Virus record (IMG/VR): IMGVR_UViG_3300009551_000005
Coordinates: 36,494 to 100,493 of that record
Strand: one strand, 5' to 3'
DNA from: a virus
Length of the DNA stretch: 64,000 nt
The notes under the pieces are model-generated. The model had not been told where the DNA came from and made no database searches. It saw only the letters and a list, made by a program, of their open reading frames with translations. Positions 18,908-27,834 of the stretch are shown piece after piece; positions within the stretch are counted from its first letter, which is position 1; the number at the start of each line of letters is the position of its first letter. The position numbers and the translations under genes were made by a program.

Positions 18908-19294
18908 ATGGGCTTCCCGCCGCCGGACCTTCCTCCGCCTGTCCCCACCAGCATCGCGCTCTCGCAAGACGCGGCGTTTCCTGCGATCCCAGGCGCCGTG
19001 GGCCAGGCGGCCTCCATCGCGCTCTGCCTCCTCAAGTTCAAGCCTCCCTTCCGCGCGTTCACCTTCGGATTCAAGATCCCGGGCTTCCCTCCGAAGCTCC
19101 CTCAGCTTCCCCGTCTTCCCTACGGCGTGAACTGTTTTCTCCAGCCAGCGCCCGCTCTCATCCCTGACCAGGCGCGAACGCTTCTCGGCGGAATCGTGTC
19201 TCCCAATCCGCTCAACCCCGTCGCCGGCGTCGAGCCTGGTGGTGGGAGACCGGTGCTCCTGCAACCCGATCCCGACGACAAGCCGGGGGCATAA
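18908..19294 (+). CDS. Pro-rich baseplate-region protein
   Basis: TGCTACCTT-N6-ATG leaderless start; resumes the structural operon. Confidence 0.6.
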   Translation: MGFPPPDLPPPVPTSIALSQDAAFPAIPGAVGQAASIALCLLKFKPPFRAFTFGFKIPGFPPKLPQLPRLPYGVNCFLQPAPALIPDQARTLLGGIVSPNPLNPVAGVEPGGGRPVLLQPDPDDKPGA

Positions 19295-19296
19295 CG

Positions 19297-20217
19297 ATGC
19301 CCGGCGGCGGCACTTGGGGCACGGGAGCCTGGGGCGGTGGCGCGTGGGTTGGCGGAGGCGTCAGCTTGGCGCTCACGCTCGCGTGGGCGCGAAGGGAGAA
19401 CTGCATCAGGCTCCAGTTCAACGAGCCCGTGTACCTCTCCGATCTCCTCGACGAGTTCGACGCCTCGAGACCGGAGCTCTTCACGGTGACCGCGGTGACA
19501 GGAACCGTCGGTCTCGACGGACTGCCCGCGCGCGCGGTCGCGCCGGCGACGGTGGCCTACCCCGATCCGTTGAATGACCCGGTGGCGACGCCGGCGACGT
19601 TCAACACGATGCTGGACGTGTGGCTCGACCGGAAGATGTCGCCCTATCCCGCGGCGTACGTCGTGACGTGCCAAGGGCTCGCCGGCGACCCTGCTGGCGC
19701 CACGCTCCTCGACCCAGGCCAGAGCTCCTTCCAGCTCCTCGGAGTGCAGCAGGACCTCGTGCCGCCGACGCTCGACCCCATCGCGGACCGCGGCGGAGAC
19801 TTCGCCAACCCGTCGACGCTCTCCGCCGCGCAAGCGGCCAAGATCCCGAACGCGGGACCGACAACGCCTCTCGGCACCTACCTCGCCGACGGCACCGGTG
19901 CCTACGCGCGCGACCGCGGAATCGAGAGCTACAAGAAGCGCATCGTGCGAGCCGTCCTCGCGCGGCGCGGAGCCTTCATCCATCTGCCGACGGATTGGGG
20001 AGGAGGACTCGCGGGGATGGGCAAGGCGCTCGCCACGCGTGCTCGCGTCGAGCAGGCGCAGAGCGCGATCCTCCAGATCGTGCAAAGCGACCCGGAGACC
20101 GCGCAGGCGCGCGTGATGCTCCTCCTCGAGCCAACTGGCGTGTGGCGCGTCTCCATCGTGGCGCGCTTGCGCTCTGGTCCGGTCATCAAGTTCGGCACGC
20201 AGCTCTCGCCGCAGTAA
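19297..20217 (+). CDS. Baseplate wedge protein with C-terminal gp25/gpW-like domain
   Basis: RGAFIHLPTDWGGGL motif similar to gp25 family GE..F.P.FG; precedes baseplate J. Confidence 0.65.
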   Translation: MPGGGTWGTGAWGGGAWVGGGVSLALTLAWARRENCIRLQFNEPVYLSDLLDEFDASRPELFTVTAVTGTVGLDGLPARAVAPATVAYPDPLNDPVATPATFNTMLDVWLDRKMSPYPAAYVVTCQGLAGDPAGATLLDPGQSSFQLLGVQQDLVPPTLDPIADRGGDFANPSTLSAAQAAKIPNAGPTTPLGTYLADGTGAYARDRGIESYKKRIVRAVLARRGAFIHLPTDWGGGLAGMGKALATRARVEQAQSAILQIVQSDPETAQARVMLLLEPTGVWRVSIVARLRSGPVIKFGTQLSPQ

Positions 20218-20226
20218 CCTTCGTGC

Positions 20227-20526
20227 ATGTCCGACCCTGAGAGCGGTGAGGAGTACGCGAAGAAGTTTCACGCGAACCAGCGCATCACGGGCTACGGGCT
20301 CGAGACCACGATGCACCTGCCATGCCCCTTCTGCGCGGAACCCGACTTCCGTGTCTACAGGGTCATCGACTCTGAGATCGCGTGGAAAGAGCCGGCGGTT
20401 TGCAAGCACTGCGAGCGTGGTCTCGAGCTCGTCATTGAGAGGACAGCGACCGGCACCACGATGCAGTTCTTTCAGTCCTCCGGCCCGGAACAGCCGCGTT
20501 GGTCCAACATGCCCCGTCGCGGGTAG
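20227..20526 (+). CDS. Zinc-finger hypothetical protein
   Basis: CPFC...CKHC; TAACCT-N6-ATG. Confidence 0.6.
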   Translation: MSDPESGEEYAKKFHANQRITGYGLETTMHLPCPFCAEPDFRVYRVIDSEIAWKEPAVCKHCERGLELVIERTATGTTMQFFQSSGPEQPRWSNMPRRG

Positions 20527-20535
20527 TCTCCATCC

Positions 20536-21645
20536 GTGGACCTCGCGACGCGCCTCGACCTCTTTCAGACCGGCCGGCAGTTCTTTCGCCAGCGCACGAC
20601 GAGCATCGACCCCGCCCAGGTCGACATCCTCGGATCGGATGCGAACCTCATCGTGGGTGGCCAGTCCGTCATGGCCGCGAAGGTCGTGCAGCAGGTGGCC
20701 TACCAGAGCGGTCGGCACTTCGTGGCCGGGTGCTTCGATGAAGATCTCGACCGCTACGCGTACGACAAGTGCTTCGGGCTCCTGAGGAAGGGCGCATCAC
20801 CGGCGGTCTCGCAAGTGCGCTTCTTCCGCGCCGGCGGTGCATCAGGAAGCATCCCCGCGGGCACCGTTCTTCGCACCGTCGGCGGGCAGGTGGAGCACGT
20901 GATGGTCACGCCGGCGGTCTTCTCTTCCGGCGGTCTCTCCGCGACGTGTTTCACGCGCGCGACGCAGGCGGGCAAGAGCTCGCAGACCGGCGCGAACACC
21001 ATCCGCACGTTCGCCAACCCGACGGCCATCTTCGACCAGACGATCCAGCTCACGAACGACGTGGCCACCGCTGGCGGTGAAGACCGCGAGGACGACGACA
21101 CGTTCAAGGGACGCATCATCCAGTTCCCGCAGAGCCTCGCGAAGGGGACGAACCCCGCCATCCAGTTCGGCGCGCTCACCGTGCCCGGAGTCGTGAGCGC
21201 GCTGGCACAAGATGCGGTCGACCCGTCGGGTAACAGCGCACGCGTCGTGAACCTCTTCATCGCGGACTCGACGGGCGTCGCCAACGCGGCTCTCGTCGCC
21301 AACGTGGTTTCCGTCCTGCCCGAGTACAAGGCCGGAGGCATCGCGGTCGTCCTCTTCACGAGCATCCCGCAGATCCTGTCGATCGTGACCGCGCTCCAGT
21401 TCTCGGGGAACGTGGACACGGTCTCGCTGACCGCCGCGGTGTGGAACGCGCTCGTGGAGTTCGTGAACACGCTGCCCGTCAACGCGCCGCTCTACAGGAG
21501 CGACCTTCTTGCGGTCGTGCGCAGGTTCAAGCCGCTGGGCGTGGTGCCGTGGGGTGGGAGCATCGTGTCGCCGGCGGGGGACGTCTTCCCCACGCTCGGT
21601 CAGACCATCAGGACGAGCCTCGCGTACGTCAGCGCTGCTTCCTAG
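20536..21645 (+). CDS. Baseplate J-like protein
   Basis: IPAGTVL, AGGEDREDDDTFKGRI, ALTVPGVVSA: typical baseplate J motifs. Confidence 0.88.
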   Translation: MDLATRLDLFQTGRQFFRQRTTSIDPAQVDILGSDANLIVGGQSVMAAKVVQQVAYQSGRHFVAGCFDEDLDRYAYDKCFGLLRKGASPAVSQVRFFRAGGASGSIPAGTVLRTVGGQVEHVMVTPAVFSSGGLSATCFTRATQAGKSSQTGANTIRTFANPTAIFDQTIQLTNDVATAGGEDREDDDTFKGRIIQFPQSLAKGTNPAIQFGALTVPGVVSALAQDAVDPSGNSARVVNLFIADSTGVANAALVANVVSVLPEYKAGGIAVVLFTSIPQILSIVTALQFSGNVDTVSLTAAVWNALVEFVNTLPVNAPLYRSDLLAVVRRFKPLGVVPWGGSIVSPAGDVFPTLGQTIRTSLAYVSAAS

Positions 21646-22372
21646 ACTTCGTCGCAACTGGCGGAGGAAGAAGCATCGGGATGATCCCGATGGGACGCTC
21701 GAGCGTCTTCGTGATGAGGTGCATGACCTGCGCTCCACCACCGCGGACGATGTGCCGGATGGACGACCTCGCGTTCCTCAAGACATCAGCCACGCGGCAG
21801 AGTCCCTCCCACGCCTCATCTGAATATGGAATCACCGCGACATCGTTCCAATCGCCGTGGTACTCGCGCGCACCATCGCCGACTGCTCGAAGCCTGCGCA
21901 TCTCCTCAGCGTCTTTCTCCCAGCCCTTCAAGCTTTGCTCGAAGTCCTTGGAGTGTGAACGCGTGAACCACCGGTCTTGCCGCTTGTTGCTGCCGTCGTA
22001 CCTCCTGTTGACCTTCGTGATCCCGGCGGTGTCGTTTCCGCGGACCAACGCTCGCTCGAGCCGTTCGAACGACAGCTTCACGTGGACTTCGACGTCGTTC
22101 ATCTTTTCCCTGTCGAGGGGTTCGAACGCGTCGGGTTTCTCCCACTTGGAAAGGTCCGAACCGACCGTGATGACTGGCTCCCACACGTATCGGATCACCT
22201 TCTCGAGCTCCGCCTGAGCCTTTTCCTTCACCTCGTTGATGGTGTCCGCGCGCAACTCTTCGTCGCCGACCTTCGCGAAGAAGTTTTTCCTGTCACGGTC
22301 GAAGAGAATGTCGACCCATCCGTGTTTCGTTTGGAGCTTGTCGACGACGTAGGGTTTGAGTGCGCGGCCCAT
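21629..22372 (-). CDS. Hypothetical protein (MGRALKPYVV...)
   Basis: TAATG coupling with the upstream minus-strand gene; more AT-rich codons than neighbours. Confidence 0.7.
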   Translation of the reverse strand: MGRALKPYVVDKLQTKHGWVDILFDRDRKNFFAKVGDEELRADTINEVKEKAQAELEKVIRYVWEPVITVGSDLSKWEKPDAFEPLDREKMNDVEVHVKLSFERLERALVRGNDTAGITKVNRRYDGSNKRQDRWFTRSHSKDFEQSLKGWEKDAEEMRRLRAVGDGAREYHGDWNDVAVIPYSDEAWEGLCRVADVLRNARSSIRHIVRGGGAQVMHLITKTLERPIGIIPMLLPPPVATKSRKQR

Positions 22373-22938
22373 TAGCGACTCCTCGTGAAGCACGCTTCGC
22401 GGAACATCGCGAGAAGGACTGCGGCGGTGGATTGGGCGAGCGGTTCGAGCTTCTCCGTCGGCTTCTTCAACCCGGGGTGCTGATAGGTCCAAGGTTCGGC
22501 AGTGACCATGAGAGTCAGAACCGGCGAAGTGACCGGGTTCACCCAATGCCATCCGTTCGGTTCCGTCATCTCGTAGCTCGAACCCTCGGGCAGACGGAGC
22601 ACCATCACAGTTTCCGCCGGGTCGCTGGAGTCACGTGAAGTGCCAACGCCCATCTCGTAGACGCCCGAAGCCTGGATGATCTTCACTGCGCTCGGCCAGG
22701 GGTGCGGGTGGTAGAGCGGCGTGCCACACGGATGGATGCGGTGGAGGTAGAGGCGAAGCGAACCGTGTTTCGGATGCTTCACGCTTCGCCAGAGCCGTTC
22801 GACGCGCGGCTTGTCGTAGTCCACGTCCAGCGACGTCCAGTCCGAGGGATCGTCGCAGATGAACGGGAGCGCGCTTTCGAAGTCTTCAAGCGCTGCGAGG
22901 AGCTCCCCTTTCCTGTATGTCCTTTTCTCTTCAGCCAT
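22372..22938 (-). CDS. Cupin/cysteine-dioxygenase-like protein
   Basis: LYHPHPWPS (HxH) and distal WHWV His; GCGGCATC-N8-ATG. Confidence 0.6.
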   Translation of the reverse strand: MAEEKRTYRKGELLAALEDFESALPFICDDPSDWTSLDVDYDKPRVERLWRSVKHPKHGSLRLYLHRIHPCGTPLYHPHPWPSAVKIIQASGVYEMGVGTSRDSSDPAETVMVLRLPEGSSYEMTEPNGWHWVNPVTSPVLTLMVTAEPWTYQHPGLKKPTEKLEPLAQSTAAVLLAMFREACFTRSR

Positions 22939-22953
22939 GGCGCCGCGATGCCG

Positions 22954-22977
22954 CCGTCGGTGATCGATCACCGACGG
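22954..22977. repeat. 24-bp palindrome copy 4 (perfect, extends to 28 bp), between divergent promoters
   Basis: CGCCGTCGGTGATCGATCACCGACGGCG at 22952-22979. Confidence 0.97.
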
Positions 22978-22996
22978 CGCTGCTAGCCTCCTGCGC

Positions 22997-24904
22997 ATGG
23001 CCAACGGCGTCGGCGCTCTCACTCCCCAGGACCTCCTCGCTGCGTGGCAGTCGGGGGCCGATGAGGGCTACACGCAGCCGCTCATCGCTGCCGGTGACGG
23101 CCAAGGCCTCGAGGTCTTCTCGCAGGCGGCCGTGCAGCTCGCGCGCGTCAGCCAGTGCTCGGACAACACGTTCGGCTCGTTCTACATCCTGCCCTGGAGC
23201 GGTCAGACCGCGCCGTCGGCAGGGGGAGCGCAGCAGGCGACGGTGACCATCACCGTCACGAGAAACCTCAGGCTCGACGTTCCGCTCGTTCTCCCCGCCG
23301 GCGCGTTCGTCGAGGAAGTGGCGTTCGACTGGGGTCCCACCGGCGCTGTGCCGGTGCAGACCGGGCGACGTTTCCAGCTCCTTTCGAACGTCGTGTTCTT
23401 CAGCGGTGACAGCGGCCCTTACAACGTGATCGCGCAGGCTGAGAAACCGGGGTGGGGCTACAACAACCCGCAACCCGGCTCCATCTCACTCGTCGACCAG
23501 CCGGGCAGCGGCTACGAGAACACGCTCGCATCGGTGACGTTTGACCCGGGCTCCGGTCCACCGACTCCGCGCTCGCTCTCCGCGCTCCTCATCTCCGCGC
23601 CGCAGCCGGACATGTTCGTGCTCGAACACGTGGGCCAGTACGTCGCGTTCACCGCCGGCGCGAACGTCGGGCAGGTGGCCAGGATCTCCGCGGTACAGCC
23701 CCCGGTGCCGCCGACATCGGGAACCACCGCGGTCCTCGACTCCATTCTCTGTTTCGAGTGCACGACGTTCTCTGGCCCCTTCTTCGCCGGCGAGCTCGCG
23801 ACCTTCAAGAGCGGCGGCGTGACGGTGGGTTCGGGCACTGTGCTCGCCAGCGCAGTGAACCCCGCAAGCGGAAACCTCCGCACCGTCGTGCATCTCTCCT
23901 TCGACAGCGGCTTTGCCGCCGGTGTCACCTGCACCGGCGTATCCTCCGCGCTCTCGGCGACGCTGACGCGTTTCCTCTACCGCCCGAGCTTCACCGCAGA
24001 GGCGCCGTCGGGTGGCGCGGGAGGAGCCTCGTGGAAGGTCCTCGACTGGGCGGCAGATCTCGGGGTCGAGGTGACCAACGCCGCGCAGCCCTCCGGCGGA
24101 AGGCTCGGAGTGCTCGACGAGCTCGGGAGAGAGCGCGGAGTGCCGCGCGCGGGAGGCGAAGGAGACATCCCCTATGCGAAGCGCGTCCACGCTGCGCCGG
24201 ACAAGGGGAGCACGAACGCGCTGAAGCGCGCGTTGAACAAGCTCCTCGGCCCGGGCTCGCAGTGGTGCCTTCGTGAGGTGGGCACCGCGCTCCTCCCCGG
24301 CATGTTCTACGACGGCGGGCTCGAGACTCCTTCGTCGACGCCCGGGCGTGGAGAGAACGACTGCTACGACGTCGACACTGTGAGCTGGAGCGGCGGCGTC
24401 TACGTCGGCACGTTCAAGTTTCAGGAGCCGTGTGTCTACGTTGACGCGAGCGGAAACCAGCGGATCTTCGGGTACGTCGGATCGACCGTGGGAGGGCTCA
24501 CGATGATCCGCCGGCAGACGACGCAGGGCGCGTTTCCCGCAACGTCTTCGCCGACCGACAGGGTCAAAGGTCTCATCTCCGGCGCGACCTATCAGCCGCT
24601 CGCGAACCCGGTTCAGAGTCCGAGTTTCACCGCGCGGCGCTTCCGCATGGTCATGAACTACGCGGAGTTTCGCGCGTTCTTTCTCGTGGGCCTGCCGCCA
24701 TCGAACGCCGGCGAGTTCGGTTTCGCGTACGACTCGGGCACCTCCAACGCGTATGACCTGACAGGCACCGTCTACCCGACCTTCTACGACGGCTACCCCG
24801 TGGACTTCGCGGAGGAGTGCATGGCCGTATGGAACACGATGAACGCCACGAAGGATGGCGGCGTCGGGTTCGACCTGTACCTGGAACCCGGCCCCTGCTC
24901 CTGA
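22997..24904 (+). CDS. Baseplate wedge/fibre-attachment structural protein
   Basis: 635 aa; LDELGRERGVPR...YAKRV resembles gpI-like wedge proteins. Confidence 0.6.
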   Translation: MANGVGALTPQDLLAAWQSGADEGYTQPLIAAGDGQGLEVFSQAAVQLARVSQCSDNTFGSFYILPWSGQTAPSAGGAQQATVTITVTRNLRLDVPLVLPAGAFVEEVAFDWGPTGAVPVQTGRRFQLLSNVVFFSGDSGPYNVIAQAEKPGWGYNNPQPGSISLVDQPGSGYENTLASVTFDPGSGPPTPRSLSALLISAPQPDMFVLEHVGQYVAFTAGANVGQVARISAVQPPVPPTSGTTAVLDSILCFECTTFSGPFFAGELATFKSGGVTVGSGTVLASAVNPASGNLRTVVHLSFDSGFAAGVTCTGVSSALSATLTRFLYRPSFTAEAPSGGAGGASWKVLDWAADLGVEVTNAAQPSGGRLGVLDELGRERGVPRAGGEGDIPYAKRVHAAPDKGSTNALKRALNKLLGPGSQWCLREVGTALLPGMFYDGGLETPSSTPGRGENDCYDVDTVSWSGGVYVGTFKFQEPCVYVDASGNQRIFGYVGSTVGGLTMIRRQTTQGAFPATSSPTDRVKGLISGATYQPLANPVQSPSFTARRFRMVMNYAEFRAFFLVGLPPSNAGEFGFAYDSGTSNAYDLTGTVYPTFYDGYPVDFAEECMAVWNTMNATKDGGVGFDLYLEPGPCS

Positions 24905-24916
24905 TACGTCTACCGC

Positions 24917-26632
24917 ATGCCCGGTGGCGGAAAAGCGATCGTCATTCAGACGCAGGAACGGGCGGTCTCGCCCGACATCAACAGGGCCCAGATCTTTGGC
25001 CAGTGGCAACTCGCCGAGGTCCTCCGTGGCCTCATGGACGTCACCACGACCGATGACTTCGACGCCGGCGGCAACGCTGCGAGCTCGCTCTCGATGGGCA
25101 CGCCGATGCGCGCGGAGATCTTCTCCGGCCTCGAAGTTCGTCCGCAGACAGGTGCGGGAGTCCTCGACCTTCAGGTGACGCCCGGCGTGGCGACGTGCGT
25201 TGCGCCCGACGGTGACACCGACGCTTCGGTGAACAAGGTCGTCTCCGATCCCGGCATCAATGTGAACGGGCTGCTCCAGATGACGGCCAACTCGTCGGGT
25301 TCGACGAGGATCGATGTCATCGAGGTGCAGTTCGCGCAGCTCGTCCTCACGACCGACAACCGCGACATCTTCAACCCGGCGACGGGTCTCTTCACCGCGA
25401 CCAACGTCACGAAGAGCACGCAGGGCTATCTCACCGCGCTCTCCGGCACGCTCGTCTCCGGCAACGGACCGCCATGCATCCGCGTGCGTGCGGGCACGCC
25501 CGGCGGCGGGCTTCCTGCGAACCAGAGCGGCTGGACCCCCATCGCCGTCGCCTTCGTGCCCAACGGCGCGGTGCAGTGCGATGACATGGACTTCTGGGAC
25601 GTGCGCCCGCTGGTCTCTGACCGGCAGTTCAACCTGACCGACACGAGCTCGATGTCGTACATGAAGCGCTTCATTGGGAGCGCGAACGACCAGGACTCCG
25701 GCGGTCACACGTACGTGACGGGCATCGCAGAAGCGACGTTTGGCGCGCGGCGCGTCGGTGGAAACCTGCTCACTGGATGTCCCAGCGTCGACACGCTGCC
25801 GACGGCGAACTTCGACGCGCAGCTCGCGCGCGACCAAGACGGCGGGTCGCTCCCGTCTTCAGGCCTCTGGTACCTCTACCTGCTCTTTCCGGGAAACCTT
25901 CCGCGGTGGGCGCGCTACACGCGCAGCGCTCCGCGCGTCCCGCGTTCGCCGCGCGGGATTCCGGTCGTGTCGGGCACCGCACCGCAGCACGTGACCGGCA
26001 AGCCGTCTTCTGCGATCAACCTCCCCGCCGCATGCGGGCTCGGGGGTAGCACTCAGAACGGCGTCTGCATCATGTCCAGCGTCACGTCCTCGAGCACGCC
26101 TCACGGCGGCTCGGCGGATGGGCAGAGATTCTTTCCGTCGATCGTCCAGAGCTTCGGCGCGGCGACGAGCTCTCTCGACACGTGCACGTGGAACCTTGTC
26201 GATGGGACCACGCATCCGCCCAACGCCCGGTCGATCCTCGTGTCGCTCACGATGACCATCAGGTTCACGGGCACGGGCGCGGCGTACACGCACACGGGCG
26301 TGGGCGGCACGCCTCCCAATCCGGTCCAGATGGGAACCGTGGCGACGGCTCCAGGCGCTCCCGGCGCAATCAACCAGATCGCGAACGTGTTCCCGAGCTC
26401 GAAGATGATCTCGATCATCGCCACGGCCGGCTTCTACGACGTCCAGGTGGTGACCGAGACGCTCGAGATCCCGCTCTTCCCGGTCTATCCGGCGTCGGTA
26501 GCGAACCAGACTCGGAAGATCCAGTGGAAGCCGAACTTCAACACCAACTTCCTCCTGATCTCAGGCTCGAGCTCCCCATCCCTTCAGGGGACTCCTCAGA
26601 TGCAAGTCGTTGGCTGGACGATGCACGACTGA
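24917..26632 (+). CDS. Tail fibre/receptor-binding protein
   Basis: 571 aa; NSSGSTRIDVI fibre-anchor-like motif; last large structural gene. Confidence 0.65.
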   Translation: MPGGGKAIVIQTQERAVSPDINRAQIFGQWQLAEVLRGLMDVTTTDDFDAGGNAASSLSMGTPMRAEIFSGLEVRPQTGAGVLDLQVTPGVATCVAPDGDTDASVNKVVSDPGINVNGLLQMTANSSGSTRIDVIEVQFAQLVLTTDNRDIFNPATGLFTATNVTKSTQGYLTALSGTLVSGNGPPCIRVRAGTPGGGLPANQSGWTPIAVAFVPNGAVQCDDMDFWDVRPLVSDRQFNLTDTSSMSYMKRFIGSANDQDSGGHTYVTGIAEATFGARRVGGNLLTGCPSVDTLPTANFDAQLARDQDGGSLPSSGLWYLYLLFPGNLPRWARYTRSAPRVPRSPRGIPVVSGTAPQHVTGKPSSAINLPAACGLGGSTQNGVCIMSSVTSSSTPHGGSADGQRFFPSIVQSFGAATSSLDTCTWNLVDGTTHPPNARSILVSLTMTIRFTGTGAAYTHTGVGGTPPNPVQMGTVATAPGAPGAINQIANVFPSSKMISIIATAGFYDVQVVTETLEIPLFPVYPASVANQTRKIQWKPNFNTNFLLISGSSSPSLQGTPQMQVVGWTMHD

Positions 26633-26657
26633 TAGCTCGGCTGTTACATTCCGGGAC

Positions 26658-27146
26658 ATGGCTACTCCCGAGGAGATTGGACAGGAGCTCGTAAAGCACG
26701 GCATCGCCGCGGTAGTTGCCGGCGTGACCGCGCTCTTCGTCTCCGGCAAGTCGCTCCTCAAGCGTCACAAGGAGCACGGCGAAACCATCGCCAAGCACAC
26801 GCAGTCCCTCGGGGACGTGGACGTGAAGCTCGTCGCGCTCGGACAGGCTGTCGCGACGATCACCGCGAACGTCGACGCCAAGGTCGCAGCGCTTCGCAAA
26901 GACGTCGACTCCGATCTCGACGTCTTCGACGAGAAGCTCAAGAAGCATTGCGAGAAGATCGACGTCGACGTGCGCGCATTGCACGACAAGATCCACGGCG
27001 TGCGAGAGAGCTCCCACGACTTGGCAGACCGCGCGGAGGTCGCGCGTGTCATGACGGAGGTGACGGAGAGATGCCTGGAGATCGCGAAAGACACAGCGGA
27101 GCTCAGGGGGATGGTCGAGATGATGGTTTCCGTGCGGAAGCGGTGA
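26658..27146 (+). CDS. Single-TM coiled-coil protein (lysis module candidate)
   Basis: TGTTACATT-N7-ATG; TM helix HGIAAVVAGVTALFVSG. Confidence 0.6.
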   Translation: MATPEEIGQELVKHGIAAVVAGVTALFVSGKSLLKRHKEHGETIAKHTQSLGDVDVKLVALGQAVATITANVDAKVAALRKDVDSDLDVFDEKLKKHCEKIDVDVRALHDKIHGVRESSHDLADRAEVARVMTEVTERCLEIAKDTAELRGMVEMMVSVRKR

Positions 27147-27277
27147 CCGAGCCCGACTCGCTCCAGATGGCGAAGCGGAAGTTCGACCTCGTGACTCGAG
27201 ACATCAAGGAGTCGCAGCGCCTCGCGAAGACGCGTCTGCGCGCCATCCTCGCGTCCACGGGCACGGACCGTCGGTGA
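27143..27277 (+). CDS. 44-aa peptide whose TGA stop lies inside palindrome copy 5
   Basis: GTGA coupling; ends ...GTDRR*. Confidence 0.45.
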   Translation: MTEPDSLQMAKRKFDLVTRDIKESQRLAKTRLRAILASTGTDRR

Positions 27278-27291
27278 TCGATCACCGACGG
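27268..27291. repeat. 24-bp palindrome copy 5 (perfect)
   Basis: Ends 6 nt before the TAGGCT -10 of the holin-like gene. Confidence 0.97.
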
Positions 27292-27334
27292 CGCTGCTAG
27301 GCTCATCCGGGAGACCTCAACAGGAGCCCGGACA

Positions 27335-27664
27335 ATGCCCGACGAAGCCAAGACCGAACCGACCAAGATCGACGCGCCGAAGGAGATGGCCAAAGTCATC
27401 GTCGCCGGCGACCCGCCTGCCAGCACCACGTCTCTTCAAGGCACGAGCGCAGGCTTCGCCACGCGGCAGTTCGCGATCACCGCGCTCTGCGTCGCCGGCG
27501 GGTTCCTCGGCTTCTTCCTCGGCAAGGTGACGTGGGAGCAGGTGACCACGTTCGTGCCGATGGTCGCCGGCGCGTACATCGGCGCGCACGCGATCGTGGA
27601 TGGCGTCGCGCGCCACGCGCTCGGCAAGGTCCTCGTCTCGCACAACGAGAACCGGGGCGAGTGA
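27335..27664 (+). CDS. Putative holin (2 TM)
   Basis: Two hydrophobic helices, AGGAG RBS, end of the structural module. Confidence 0.55.
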   Translation: MPDEAKTEPTKIDAPKEMAKVIVAGDPPASTTSLQGTSAGFATRQFAITALCVAGGFLGFFLGKVTWEQVTTFVPMVAGAYIGAHAIVDGVARHALGKVLVSHNENRGE

Positions 27665-27667
27665 GCC

Positions 27668-27820
27668 CGCGCTCCCCCTTCCCCTTTACCCCTACCCCCT
27701 GATCTTCTTTTTCTAGATCTGATCTTTCGATCCCGGGAGGGAGAGAAAAGCAGAGCAATGCCGCTCTTAGATCTCGAATAACGGATCTTAGGTTGGGGGT
27801 TGCAGGGGGAAGGGGACGCG
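27668..27820. other. Candidate replication origin
   Basis: Non-coding and AT-rich; six GATC sites; flanked by inverted C-tract and G-tract arms; directly upstream of the helicase genes. Confidence 0.5.
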
Positions 27821-27834
27821 GCATCGCGCGAGCC

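Noticed and set aside
5870-26632. Extracellular contractile injection system or tailocin
   Set aside because: Linked to a capsid-like gene and a complete phage replication module, so it is a phage tail
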